A DNA stretch of 64,000 nucleotides from the NCBI RefSeq assembly GCF_009914755.1, contig NC_060931.1; one strand, written 5' to 3'. Made by a program: the position numbers and the translations under genes. Below the pieces are notes generated by a model. That model saw nothing but the letters and a program-made list of their open reading frames with translations, was not told the origin of the DNA and ran no database searches. This stretch comes from the human T2T-CHM13v2.0 reference genome, Homo sapiens. Shown here in pieces: positions 30,081 to 45,323 of this stretch. Within the stretch, counting starts at the first letter, position 1. Every line of letters begins with the position of its first letter.

Positions 30081-30451
30081 GTGGGTACTCGACAGCAGTC
30101 TCATATGTAATGCCTAAATTAGGATTGTTCTTGATATTAACGGTTTGCATAACTTGGCTACTTACAGCTGTTTAAAACTCTTAAACTGCTATTGTGGAAT
30201 ATAATACATAGTAATTATCCCATTTCTTAATGCACGTAAAGGAAAGAGTGATCCAGCATATGAAGAGGCAAGAAGTGTTTCTCAGTCATTGTGGTTTATT
30301 CAAGTTAATACATCTACAATCTACATATATGTATAGAAGTTGATAAATATATAGTTTCACTACATGTTACATATACACATTAGTAATATATAATCCAAAT
30401 TTCCTAAAGATCACACCATATGGCAGATGTATTAGTGAGATAGCCTCAGCA

Positions 30452-30547
30452 TAGGGCCACCACAAAATCTGTTGTCTGACCTGAACAGTTTTGAGAGTGA
30501 AAGGGCACTATTAACAATTAGGCTAGACTACAGGCAAAAACCAGAGG
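30452..30547. mobile_element. MER94-like hAT fragment, truncated at the duplication junction
   Basis: ttttgagagtgaaagggcactattaacaatta core; the second terminal repeat is missing. Confidence 0.6.
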
Positions 30548-30917
30548 ATTCACAGATCTCCAGGAACAAGGGAAATTTACCCCTGGACATTTGACTGTAC
30601 ATTACATAATTACACTTCCTGCTTTACCAAGCACTAAATTTAACAGCTTAATTTAGAAAATAATTTGAACTACCCAATTTACCTGTTTTAATAGCATACT
30701 CGTTATCAGGAATTAATGAATAAAACTCACTGATGTGACAAAACTTTAGCAAAATGCAAACACCACATCAGGATTATGAGAATCAGCCAGAATTGGACAC
30801 CACTGGCCACGGAAACATGTATCATGGGTCAATTTACTATGCAGATTCAACTAGATATCTGCATTAAAGTAAAACCTTAGATCAGTGGTTTTCAACCCAG
30901 GGTGATTTTGCCCCTCA
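30548..30917 (+). repeat. 370-bp duplication, derived copy (source 32770-33139)
   Basis: 4 mismatches by manual comparison; offset 2222 bp. Confidence 0.95.
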
Positions 30918-31238
30918 CATCCAACATGACAGTAAACAAAGGGGAAGAGCCGAATTCAAATAAAATGATAGTAGGTATAGAATACACGTTTACCAAATTT
31001 GTCTGTAGTAGGAAAGGTAAAGGCAAAGATCCTTCTGCCCATTTATAAATATTGAGTACCTATAAAAAGGGGGAGATCAGTGTGTGAAAAATGCATTAGA
31101 TTTTGCATATAGTGAGAATGTAACATATTTACGTTTTGTAAATAAAATGACATACAAAAAAAGTATTATGGAGAGGACAATATTAAAAGGAGACACTAAC
31201 CACATCAACATGAGTCTTTCTAGTCTTTCCTAAGACAA

Positions 31239-31615
31239 TGTATTAGACTGTTCTCAAGCTGCTATAAAGAACTGCCCAGGACTGGGTAATTTATAAAGGA
31301 AAGAGGTTTAATTAACTCACAGTTCCACAGGGCCAGGAGGCCTCAGAAAACTTACAATCATGGTGGAAATGGAATCAAACACATCCTTCTTCACATGGCA
31401 GCAGGAGAGAGAAATGAGTGCCCAGCAAAGGAGGAAGTTCCTTATAAAACCATCAAATCTCATGAGAACGAACTGAGTATCATTAGAATAGGATGGGAGA
31501 AACCAGCCCCCTGATTCAATTATCTCCACCTGGTCCCCCCTACCACAACACATGGGGATTATGGGAACTACAATTCAAGATGAGATTTGGGTGGGGACAC
31601 AGCCAAACCATATTA
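31239..31615 (-). mobile_element. Solo THE1 LTR (THE1C/D-like)
   Basis: gagatttgggtggggacacagccaaaccata terminus; perfect 5-bp TSD gacaa. Confidence 0.9.
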
Positions 31616-31728
31616 GACAATAAGAGTAGAATGCATCTGAAATATTTAAGAGCCTCATTAATGCCAATCAACTAAAGAAGTTAAATATTGTATTATTTCT
31701 TCTTTGTAGAAAGAAGAAAAAGAAGCAG

Positions 31729-31788
31729 AGATACTACTTTTTGATAGAATAAAGCAAAAGATATTACTTTTTGATAGAATAAAGCAAA
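31729..31788 (+). repeat. 30-bp tandem duplication
   Basis: agata(c/t)tactttttgatagaataaagcaaa x2. Confidence 0.93.
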
Positions 31789-32089
31789 AATAAATAAATA
31801 AATAAAGTAACAGAGATTCTGGGCTTCCATTTTCCCTCATGTAATAGCATTCCCTCCTCACCAATGTAGACAGTGACCACTGGGATTTCTGTTTCTATAA
31901 TACACCACTTTGTGGTGTCATTCTTGTAAGTGCACTGTCCTATAAGACAACAAGCATTATCCATTTACAGAAAAAGTAGACCAACAGAAACACCTGGTAT
32001 TCTTTTCATACTCACCAAGATGTTTTTGGTGTATCAGAGTTCAGGCCAGCCCTATAAAATTTCAGAGCCACATATAAGACTAAACATTA

Positions 32090-32386
<297 letters not shown>

Positions 32387-32769
32387 TTACATGCCTAAAA
32401 GTAAAGCGTCACACTGTCATGAGCCTGTCCCCAAAGTAATTTTACTGTTTTGGGGTCTCTGTAATTGTACCTCTCTGAAAAAAGCCAAGCACTTTCAGCC
32501 AAGAAAAAAAAATCTTCATTAGTTTACTATGCAGCTTTCCCAGGTGAAACAAATACCCTTAGCAAGAGTGTGTGTCCATGTTAATTACAGCTTGCCCACA
32601 GGCCACCCTGGCAACTGTCCAGCCTTCCTGATATCTACAAAGCATTTTATGCACTATGCACATGGGCAGGATAGATAGCCTAATTTCCGCTCCAGACCCA
32701 GCAGGAAAGAACAGACACTAGTACCTTTCTGCTAAAGACATGTTTCACTGCAAAATTTTCCTTCAGGAA

Positions 32770-33139
32770 ATTCACAGATCTCCAGGAACAAGGGAAATTT
32801 ACCCCTGGACATTTGACTGTACATTACATAATTACACTTCCTGCTTTACCAAGCACTAAATTTAACAGCTTAATTTAGAAAATAATTTGAACTACCCAAT
32901 TTACCTGTTTTAATAGCATATTCGTTATTGGGAATTAATGAATAAAACTCACTGATGTGACAAAACTTTAGCAAAATGCAAACACCACATCAGGATTATG
33001 AGAATCAGCCAGAATTGGACACCACTGGCCACGGAAACATGTATCATGGGTCAATTTACTATGCAGATTCAACTAGATATCTGCATTAAAGTAAAACCTT
33101 AGATCAGTGGTTTTCAACCCCGGGTGATTTTGCCCCTCA
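32770..33139 (+). repeat. 370-bp duplication, source copy
   Basis: Continues uninterrupted into the intact MER20. Confidence 0.95.
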
Positions 33140-33336
33140 GGAGACATCTGATGATATCTGGTGACATTTTTTATTGTCATGACTTGAGGAGGGATTGCTT
33201 ACTGGCATTTACTATGTAGAGAGAGGCCAAGGACGCTGCTAAAATCCTACATTGCACAGGACAGCGCCCCCCGCCCTTCCACTTCAAAGAACTGTCTGAT
33301 CCAAAATGTCAATAGTCCTGAGGTTGAGAAATTCTG
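33105..33336. mobile_element. MER20 (hAT-Charlie)
   Basis: cagtggttttcaacc...gaggttgagaaattctg; 8-bp TSD ccttagat / ccttaggt. Confidence 0.85.
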
Positions 33337-36300
33337 CCTTAGGTTATGTGAGAAAAATTAGTGGTTTTGCATTAATTGTGTGTTAATACTATGTTCCATA
33401 GATGCATTTTAATAGACATTAATAGTTATGTTCAGTCAAGTTTCTCTGATACGATTCTCCTACCTTGTCAAAATTATGAATTGTCACCAAATACTACACA
33501 ATGAAGTACAAACAAGTTCTATAAAATTAAAATAAAATAGTCTAACATTCATCATGCTGTGTCTGAATTTAGGAGAGATGAAGGACTGGTCAGAAATATA
33601 AATGACCAGCATTCCTGATATTTTCCTGGCATCTACAAAATGCAAAACTAAATTACATGTAATGTTAATTGAGGATTCCAAAGATCTTTTAATTTCCAGT
33701 TTTCATGCATTACCAACTCATGATTTTTTTTCCACCCTTAAATATGAAACTTGCACTGCTTTTAACCTACCACATTACCAAGGTCAGAAACAGAACCACT
33801 CTCATTGTCAGATAAAAGCATGAGAAAAGTATTCACAAATGTACTTAACTAGACATAAGGTGGAAATCCAGTTCTGTCTCTTATAAAATGCTAAAAATCT
33901 TCTCTATGATACACTTTAAAAGGAATAATTGCTTTAAATGTTTTGAAGTCCTTGCCGCATTATTTATAAACAACAACTTTGCAGAGTACTTGCCTGTGAT
34001 AAATTTGTATTATGTTTTACGTGGATCAAATTTTTGACCTTCAATTCAGAATGACAAAAAATAGAAAAATCATAGCGAGCAGGAAAAAAAAAAAAATAAG
34101 GCCACACCTTTCTCTAACATTGGTTGTTATTATTTAGTCCTTTATGGATAACACATAACCATCTTTTACACTTCTTCAAGTCCATATCCTTCAAAACATC
34201 TTTATTCTTCTTATCCTAATGTTCCATCCCTCAATCTAACACACGGGTATTCAGGTATCTACAATTTTATTAAAAAGCCCTTGTGCTTTATTATTACAAA
34301 ATACAACATACAGGGCAGTTTTTTCCTGACCATGCTCAGCTTATCAGAACTACTTTATTATGCACCACTGATCTCTATTTAAAATGATGACTTTGTTTTA
34401 TAACAGAATCTAATGTTCTAAGGAGACAGTTTCTGATGTTAGAAAGGGGAAAACCTCAGGAAGCATTCTTTCAAAACCTGCTCCATGACTTTATGCCAAG
34501 ACATTGGTAAGCAAACTTTCAGAAGCAGATATCCCAGAAGCTCCTCTTCTGAAACAGTGTTTGACAGTAGCAATCACAAGTCAGAACAGAACTACGAAAT
34601 AATTACCTTTTAAAAAATACAGTCTGCATTTAAATGGTCTACACAGCAGAGATTTATCTGTGCTAATAAACTCTCTTTAAAATGACATCACTAGGAAGAT
34701 TCTGCTTATCCAATGGTTTGAGACAGAAGGGTTCCTTTGAATTTTAGAGGGGAGAGGGCTCAAATCATGGGTGATACATAAAAACAAGAATTTGAATTTG
34801 ATCAATCAAGGAAGAGCGTTTGGGCACTGATACTCCAAAAAAGAATAAACATCATGGGAGAAGGGCAGGGAAAGAGAGGCAGATGAATACAAAGCCACAT
34901 TTCATCACAGTTGATGATTGCCTCCTGCACTATGAAGAATGCTTATATCCCTTTCAAGGTGCTTACCTCCATACAGGGCTTGCTCAGAACTCATCAGACC
35001 ACAGATGCGCCTTAATTCACCATCTCATTGCAAATGAGGATGGTCAGGGAAGATAAAGAGAAACACACAGAATCTTATTTCAGGACTATCTGAAGTCTAC
35101 AGAATGATCTTACAGATAATTTGGAATCAACAATTCTGGTCTCCAAAAATTTCCCATGATGCAATAAATGTTTTGGTGGTTTCATCCATTTATATTCCTT
35201 AAACATACTTCGTCTTTTATTCCATGGATCCTTGAGAAAAGGCCTAACCATCCCCTAAGTGAAGCTGTTCACAAAGAAGAGAATACTTAATTTTTAAATG
35301 TGAGGTTTATGAGGCAACATCTGGCTTTAAATGCCCATCCCATATTTTTACCCAAATGGCAAATAAAGTAATTAAAATATTCATGTTTAAGGGTCATCTT
35401 GCCAAGATACATTAAATGATGTGCACATAAAATGTAATAATAATTAATATCTTACTGCAATAATTAACTATAATGGTCACCAAGGTGTTGGACAATTTCT
35501 ATTGGTAAGATTTCAGCAGCTATCTCTTAGAATCATGGCCTCTGAATTCTCTTTCTTGAAGATTTTCATCCTTGATGAATAACCTCCATGATGTTATTTA
35601 TAAGGAAATTTATCAATAACGTATTTGTTGTGAGCTTTATCCAGAAAATCACTTAAAAGGGAAAAGCTACTCTAGGAAGTTTAGCAAGAGTATGTCTAGC
35701 ACTATTTATATTGGTATTCTTCTTGACCTGACATTGTAACTATTATCTGGGAGATGCAGCATCTTTGTAAAAAGATCTAGTTCAATTCAATTCGTTTTAA
35801 GTGACCTACTGGAAAGCAGAATAAGGACCCCTCAAGAGAGTCTTGAAACACATAACTCTGATTTTCTAGGAAACTAGTTTATCTCAACAGTCTGGAAAAA
35901 CTCCATAGAAGTTCTTGAGACAGCTGTTCCGGAAGAAGTGTATAGTGACAGATATAATGTAGTAAGGACTGCATGGAAAGGCATTTAAAAAAATAGATAA
36001 CCTTGTACTAGTCTTTTGATATAATTTATGCCTTGGTTTCATTAGGTAAAATCCTACGTGCAACACAGAACATCATTGGCAACAGGCTGTCAGAAAAATC
36101 TCCAATAGAACAGAAAATAAGCAAAAGATGCTTTGTCAAGAAAAAAAAAAAATTTCCATGCATTTTAATTCCAGTGTGCACAGATGCCTGGAAAGAAACT
36201 AAGGTCCACAAAATGAAAAAGCTCTGCAATTCTCACTATTTGCTAACTGAACATCTGAACCAAACTTAAATGACACACTCCATTCCTTGAAAACTTTTAA

Positions 36301-38202
36301 TTGCCTTTTGCAAGAATATATTGTTTAATTCTGGATGTGTTTCAATACAGGGAGAATTATTTATACTTTTGTACTTTCGCAGACACTCTGAGATCTGAGT
36401 TATCAATGGAGACTTTTATATAGCCTCAGCCCCATAGGCCAAATATATTTTAAACAGATATATATATATACATATATATACACTTTCTTTAACGTAGAGA
36501 GAACTCAACCTGCCCCAGGCATGCATTAATGTTTTTATCTTCATTCTTGGAAATAAAATCTTTGTGGATTAACAATTTTACATACATCTGCTTCTTGACT
36601 ATATACAAATAATCTCAGAAGCCATCAAAAGGGAATAGCTACCTTCAGATTAGCTGATTTACTGAAACTATGAACAAAGAGTATGCAGTCCTCCTTTTCA
36701 CTGCAGTATCAAAATAGTTGGTTTGCTGAAAGCAAGTGTTTGAATTCATGGCAAATAGTAAATGTTCTAAAGAGAACACATTAAAAGCCAAATTTGCTTA
36801 TGAGCAACAAAATTCTGGCAAGGAACTACAGAGCTTGTAGTTCCTCGTCAAATAGCAGGCTTCCTTCAAACCAAAGCATTACGATTACTTTGAGGAAAAG
36901 GCCATTGCGATCCATAGCTAAAATAGAAAGTAAGTGTTAAAGTAGAGCCTATCACTTTCATGTAAAATCATTTAATGTGAAAATCTTCTATTGTAGTTTT
37001 TGTAACGCCATTTTCAAACTGAAAACGGTAATTTAGTTATGTCCTAAATACTCAAAGTAAACTAGAGCTATTCAGATTATGCTACTCTGAGGCTGCTAAT
37101 CTGGGAACTGTGTCTACCAGTCCACAAGAAAAGTGCACAAACTGGGAGTGTTTACACACTTTTAAAACAGTTTGGAAAGAGTAATTTTATGGCTGTGGAA
37201 TTTAAGTAAAAGAAGGTTTATAATATGTATATCTTTTTAAATTTCATTTTTCTATTAATTGATTTTCATTCCATTTCACAAAAATATACCTTTGCAATGG
37301 ATATAAAATTTACAAAATAAATAAATCAGCCCTACCCCTTTAGCACAGTTAGTGTGAAAAGCACTAAATTAGACACTTACTCTGACCAGTGTTCCCTGGT
37401 GCTAGCAAATTAATTATTGCTAGACTTATAACAAGAAAAATCCTGAACAAATCAGACAACCAGCAGCACTCTGAAAATAAAATGACTTAGGACATGCACA
37501 GGCTGAGCAGGGAAGCACCTGTATGGAGTATATGAAGGACCTACTTTTTAAAGGAAATTTACTGAGCACCCAGTACATAAGCAGTATTAAAAAGCACGTC
37601 ATCGTTATTTTTTTCTTTGAAAAACAGAACTCATAGCTATTCACCTAAATCTACTCACTGAAATGAAGAAATCATTAATACTTTATAACTGGGGCGTTAG
37701 AGGACATTACCATTACATACTGATTCAAATGAAAAATCAGATGTTGTTTAGGACTGTAGAGTATTGGCTAGTTTATGCAGGCAAATAAATGGATATTTTT
37801 CAGGAAAGACCCAAGTATAAACCTTAATTTGGAAGGATCATAATCCTTTACATTTCAAAAGAATTGTTTTATAATTTTTCTACATATTTATTGACAATAA
37901 TGGTATAAATTGGCTTAAACCATAGCAAAGAGAATTCTTCTTTGCAGAAAGTGAAAAGTTCAGCTAACTAATGATGACAGCACCCTTAATGACTAGTTAA
38001 TGAGCTACTGGAGTTTACTTTCCTTATAGGATGGATCAGAACTAATGTGACCCAACACAGTTTGCCTGAAGGCAAAAGAGTGATGGGTCATCTGATGCTT
38101 CACAGCATTTCCCAAATCTGTGAGCACGTAAAGTAGGAAAGAAATGAGCATTCACATCTTTTAGTTTTTGGTGTATTTGTGATTGCTGTCTAATATAACA
38201 CT

Positions 38203-38738
38203 TGTGGTAGGCAGGATTCTGAGATGATTCTCATAATTCCCACTCCTGCAGAACCCATTCTCCTTGAGTGTGAGTGGGGACCATGATATGAAGGGATGTC
38301 ACTCCCTTAATTATGTGACGTTATGTGGTAAAGGTAACACGATTCTGCAGATGGAATTCCGATCTCACATCACTTGATTTTCAATGAATCAAAAAAGGGA
38401 GTATAATGAATGATCTAACTTAATCAGCTGAATGCCCTTCAAAGGGGTATTGAGCCCCCTTTCTGAATGAAGAGAGTTTCCCTCTAGTCTACAAGAAATA
38501 AACTGCCATGTTGTAAGAGGACCTTTAATAGGGCCTCAACAACCACACGATTTTGAAAGAGGAGCAGGAAGTAGCCCCATACGGGAATGCAGTCCAGGCA
38601 ACACCTTACTGCAGCCTTGTGAGACTGAACAAGGGGCCACCACGACTCCTCAGCATTGAAACTGTTAGATAATAAATGTATATTGTTTTAAACCATTCAG
38701 TTTGTGGCAGTATGCTACACAGAATAGAAAATACCAAA
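38203..38738 (+). mobile_element. MaLR LTR (MLT1E/F-like)
   Basis: tgtggtaggcaggattct...aataaatgtatattgttttaaacc...tttgtggcag...atagaaaa. Confidence 0.7.
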
Positions 38739-38793
38739 CCAAAATAAATAAATAAATAAATTTACATTACCAAATTTTAAACATGAGATTCAA

Positions 38794-39048
38794 TTTTTTT
38801 TTTTTTTTTTAAGAGACAGAGTCTTGCTCTGTTGCCGAGGCTGGAGTGCGGCTGCTGGATCATAGCTCACTGCAGCCCCAACGTTCAGGCTCAAGTGATC
38901 CTCTCACCCGCATAGCTGGGACTAATAGGTGCATGCCAGCACACCCAGACAATTATTTAATTTTCAGTAAAGGGAGGTCTCAAACTCATCCTCCCGCCTC
39001 AGCCTCCCAAATTGCTGGGATTACAAGTGTGAGCCACCGCGCCCAACC
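38794..39048 (-). mobile_element. Alu (AluJ-like, internally deleted)
   Basis: Poly-T plus reverse Alu. Confidence 0.85.
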
Positions 39049-39099
39049 CAGGATTCATTTTATCTTTGCATAAAATGCCTTTATGAAGATTCTGTTTGG

Positions 39100-39392
39100 G
39101 GCTGGGCGTGGTGGCTCACTCCTGTAATCCCTGCAATTTGGGAGGCTGAGGCAGGTGGATCACCTGAGGTCGGGAGTTCAAAACCAGCCTAGCCAAGATG
39201 GCGAAACCCCGTCTCTTACTAAAAATACAAAAATTAGCCGAGCATGGTGGCACATGCCTGTAATCCCAGCTAGTAGGGAGGCTGAGGCACGAGAATCCAC
39301 TCAAACCTGGGAGGCGGAGGCTGCAATGAGCCAAGATTGCACCACTGCACTCCAGCCTGGGTGACAGAGCGAGACTCTGCTTCAAAAATATA

Positions 39393-39427
<35 letters not shown>

Positions 39428-39433
39428 ATACAT
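39100..39433 (+). mobile_element. Alu (AluS) with (TAAA)n tail
   Basis: Full dimer; TSD-like attct(g/a)tttgg. Confidence 0.92.
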
Positions 39434-40049
39434 AAATTCTATTTGGTTTGTTTAGATTCACTGAACCTTAAATTAGTCATCAGTCTTTGATTTCCTCTGT
39501 ATAATCTGATTCACATCTTTTTTGTATCCACGTTGAGGATCTAACATGTATTTCTAACTCTTCTCATTTATTCATGCCTCTACACTAGGAGGAAAACTCA
39601 TCAACTGGCACAATAAACGGCCGCACATAAAAGACTGCACACACCCCTCTTCTATACTTTAAAATGCCTTATGAGCTCAGATACAAATTCTTGAAAAATT
39701 AGAATTGATACTTTAAACAGCATAATGTAATTGATTTTTACTTTTCTGAAAATATTTCATAATATACATTTATTACTCAAGGTAAACCATGATGATATGT
39801 GTGTTGCTCATCTTAGCAGGAAAAAAAAGTGCCATTCTATATTACAAGTAGTATGGTAATTATTGCTTATGTATCTTTAACGTTACAATTTTCCGTTTGC
39901 AAAGATTACTAGAACTAATATTGTCAAGGGAGAACACCTAGGGCCTCTTTCACAGAACTAAAATCATCAGGGACAATGGGCCACTAAAATTATTTTTCTG
40001 CACACAAGGCCAATTTTTCTGAAAGGTCAATGACTTCATTATATACTAC

Positions 40050-40382
40050 AATATACCCCCCTACCCTTATTCAAGGTTTTGCTCTCTCTCTTTCTGGGGT
40101 TTCAGTTACCCGCAGTCGACCAAAGTCCAAAAGTGCTACAGAATTAGAGAGGGAGAGAGACCACCTCCACACAACTTTTATTACAGTGTATTGTTATAAC
40201 TGTTCCATTTTATTAGTTGTTTTAATCACCTTTCTGTGCCTAATTTATAAACTGTATCATAGGTAATGTATACATAGGCAAAAACATAGTATATATTTTT
40301 AATCAGTAATATACGCAGTTTCAGGCATCCACTGGGGGGTCTGGAAATGTGTCCCTAGTGGATAAGGGGGAACTTATCTGTA
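40050..40382 (-). mobile_element. MER44-like (Tigger family) DNA element
   Basis: gtttcaggcatccactgggggtctggaa...ggataaggggga terminus. Confidence 0.75.
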
Positions 40383-41155
40383 CTTGATAAGTCCTTCAAT
40401 CAGATACAAAAAGAAGCTTGGTGCCATACTATGCCTTAGCACAATTTGGATGGTAGCAAAATGTTTAAAAGAGAGGAAAACATCAAACTTCATGATTTTT
40501 GCTTTCAGAAAGGAGAAACTTAAAACAGTGGGAAAATAAACTTTTCAGGAGCATAACCACAAGCATGGGAGTGCTCAAGTACCAAGAAAGATCTAATTTA
40601 TGGTCAATAGATACATGAATGACAATTCTGTAACAACTAAAACCAAGTTTTTAAGAAATAGGAGGTGAGCAATTATGTGTTGGATAGTGCTAAAGCCAGA
40701 AATTCTTCCTTACAAGATGTTACGAAGGTAGGTCTTACATCTAGTTAATGGTGGAAGCAAACAGGAACCCATGTCACCTGATTAGACTGTTATCCTGCTT
40801 CTAATCAGAGTATATTTGTTCAGTGCTTTCTACATGCAGTGTTTTACATGAATATTTTTAATCCTTACAAGAACCCTATGAAGTTTTATCAATGGGAAGG
40901 TTGACTTGTTCAAGTTACCCAGCTAGTTGTAGAGCTGAGCTTTGAATCTGCACTTTTAACCAACCATGCAAGTTCCATGAAATAATTAAACTCTGATGTT
41001 CAAAAGCATCAATTTTTTAATGCAATGACTTCTCTTCTATGCCATTAATATGGTACTAGTTATGAACCATTTTGAGGAGAATTAAAAAGTCACTCAAATG
41101 AATATCTGTCCTCTGTTTCAGATGAGGAAACCTGATTAGAAAGGCAGCAACCCAA

Positions 41156-41378
41156 GGCCAGATGCAATGGCTCACGCCTGTATTCCCAGCACTTTGGGAG
41201 GCTGAAGCAGGAGGATCACCTGAGGTCAGGAGTTTGAGACGAGCCTGGCCAACATAGTGAGATACCAAGACTCCGTCTCTCCAAAATATTTTTTTAAAAC
41301 TAGCTAGGCATGGACAACAGAGCAAGATCTTGTCTTTAAAAAAATAAAAAAAAAATAAAAAAAAAGCAAACAAAAAAC
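41156..41378 (+). mobile_element. Alu with most of the right arm deleted
   Basis: Left arm joined to acagagcaagat plus A tail; TSD agaaaggc(a/t)gcaacc. Confidence 0.85.
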
Positions 41379-43381
41379 AGAAAGGCTGCAACCACACCAT
41401 ATATGATCACTTTTTAGAATTGTAATTACTTGATAGTCACATACAAGAATGAAGCTTTAATGATATTCAGCATAGATCCAACATCTAAATCCATTTAAAT
41501 TATAGGAGACCTGTGTAACTTGACAGGAATCTGTACTGATTTAGTGAACAGAAAGGATATGGAGCAAACAGCCATCTTCAGCTTCAGACAAAAGCCATGA
41601 CACATAGCATAAAAAATCTTAAACATAACCTCAGGACGATAAGCAAGGAACCATCTGTTGCATTTTATTTATTTATTTTATGACTTGGACCTCCCTTTCC
41701 CACTCCCATTCCAGAGATTTTCCCCTAGTGTTCTAATCAGATAAATGTGAAAAGCATAAGAGAAAACAGTAGTCTTTACTAATCTCCATAGATGCCTCCA
41801 GGAGTAGATTAGAAAATCAAGAAAAATGTCTAGTTCTCATGGCTCCACATTAGAATCAGAAAAGATGAAAGAACTAACAGTTTTCACCCTTTGCTCAATA
41901 AATTCAGTGGAATATACATAGACAAGTACTTGATGGCCTCTCATTTAAGCCTTACCATTTCCCCTAAAAGGTCCGGTATGTGATACTCTTTTACAGAATA
42001 TGAAATGAAACTGAAAGAAAATTAACTTTCCAAGATCACACAGGCTATACCAGAAGCAGGGTTCAACCTTGGGATTCTCTGACTCAAAATCCTGAATATT
42101 CCCACCATACCAGATTGCCTACCTTGAGTCCTCTGAACTACCATAGCATAGACTCATATGGTTCTGGCTTTACTTAAGTATCTATCAACTTAGCAATTTT
42201 TGGGAGTTAGTAGAGCAATACAGAACCACTGTGGGTTTGAAGATGTGAAAGAGTAGGATCACAGGATTCCGACTGGACAAAAAAGTAAAATAATCAGCAG
42301 TTATATATCACATCCACTTTGATGTTTCAGTTACTCCTAATAAATTTACAATCTTTTCCATGGATGATGGCATTTCTGGACACTACAAAGCATTTTCAGG
42401 TTTTATAATGTTTTCTAAATGTATATATTCTATGTACATGTAGCATATCTGAATCTGCATGTATATTTTCTTCATATCTTATAACTTTCACTTGATATAA
42501 ATCATTATAATATATATTTGATGTTTATTGTGTAATGTGTATTATATGTATGCACACATCATATAAATATGTACATATCTGTGTATGTGACTGATGTATG
42601 TGTTTCTCTGCAATTAGGGTAGATATATAGAGGCAACAGAAGGAAGAAGGAAAAAAAAATCGATTCTGAGTAGCCTGCTGACCCCAGGTTTTGGCTCCCT
42701 GTGCATATTACAAGAATAGAGTCCAGGAGCCAATTTACTTCACATGTGGAAAAACCCAAAAGGGGTAGGACCAAATCCAAGACTTGCAACCTTCAAATGG
42801 CTCCTCGGTCACAGTCATGTACAGCCGGGACTCAGCTGGCCTTTAGATGCCACACAGACAGGTTGTGTCACATCTGATAAGTTAAGGAGATGAATGACCT
42901 CATATAATTATCACGCATGGTTTGGTCTGTGATGAGTTACCATTCCCCTATGTTTATTCATTACCATCGAGCAAAAATATAAATTTTAAACAATTACTCA
43001 CCAATAGACCTTGACACCCATGTATCAATCCTCTGGGAACTAAGCTACCCATTCACAATAAAATTTTGCCTCATAAAAATTAATGCCAATTTCTACACTT
43101 ATATCGACAGGAAAATCAGGTGTTTGGACTGACAGCCAAGCAGCTAATATGTTTAATTTAGAGCAGTCTGCACAGCCTCCATTGTGCCCATCTTCCTGAG
43201 GCTTCATATGGCCCATTTGTTTAAGTCCCCCAACATTTTTGCAGATGTAAATTTAAGTCAATTCTAATAAAATGTCATGACAAAGACAGGGTGGTATTTT
43301 TAAAGTGACAAACTTCATAAAAATTTTACACATTCTTTTCTATGGCAAATGTCAAAATGACTGCTATAAAAAGGCCATGTT

Positions 43382-43712
<331 letters not shown>

Positions 43713-45007
43713 TCAATGGTTATCATCAAGTTGTAATCATTAATCATTAGTCATGGTATTAATGTATTGGTTAATCTAAAACATCTTTTATCCATAAATC
43801 AACTCCAAATTTGCACCAGAAATTTTATTTCAGTGTTTGATTTCTACCAATAAGAGAACAGTGTTTATGAGAGGCTCAACTCCATTTATATTGCAAAGTG
43901 AAGGGCTGGAGTTAGATGAGTGTAACTAACCATCAGCTGGATGAGTCAAGTAAACGCTGGCCTTTTTCAGTACGCTCTTGGCAGATTTTTGCCAACTTCT
44001 GTATTGGTTGCGAAAAATGCAACTGGTCTTGATTTTACTATCCTGCACTTGCTCAATTTGTAGGGTAGTCTGGAATCATTTCTATAAACATCCTGGATAG
44101 ACTGCATTATTAACTTTCAGATATTCTGTTTTGGGGCTAAAAACTCACATCTTTGACAATGAGAGGATATTGGTGGTAAAGCTATGACTTTTAAAAATAG
44201 ATTCACTCTCTGTGGCACAGTTCTCCTACAACAGGTGCTGACTGAAATGTCACAACAAAGCACATCAAATGCTTTGTGGTTCTGCTTTCTTCACGGTCTC
44301 TTTTAGGACACTGGTTTTGTCCTTAACCTAGGGATGGAACAGTTCACCCACCCTATTCCACTTACACTCCACCGCATCTCTTTCCCTTTCCCTTTTATGA
44401 TGAAAGACTGCACAGGTTTTAGGAGGAGACATTTTTAAGACCTGCTAAGCATCCCTTTTTCCATTCATTTTAAGTTTTTCTCATGGCCCAAATGGTTATA
44501 TATTAGCACAATAATCTAGCTCACTAATCCATAGTCATCAATTCATGATCTCTTAAAGGCAGAAAAACCACAAAAGGCACACATAATGAAGCCTGGCTAT
44601 TAAACAGTCCTTCAAAGTTCCCCACGCATTCTTTCATTTAATCCTCACGATAACATTGGATGCAGGAAGCAAAAATACTATCTTTGTTCTACAGATGGAG
44701 AAATCAAGGCTGAGAGTTAGTTATGCTCTACTTTACATGACTCCTCTCTCTCAATCTTATTGCTGGAATATGCAGCCAGGCGAGATAATAGATGCTAAGA
44801 CCTCAAAGCTCCTGCAAAGGGCAGCAAAGTTCAGCAGGTAAGTGTAGGAATCTAGAATTGAGCTGCTTGAGATCAAATCTGAACTCCTAAGGAAATTCAA
44901 AAAAGTTCTTCATACCCTAAACTTGTTCCCGCATTTACAAAACAAAGATAATAATAATACTTATCTCCGAGGATTGCCTTGAAGGTTAGATGGATTAAAA
45001 AACATGA

Positions 45008-45323
<316 letters not shown>

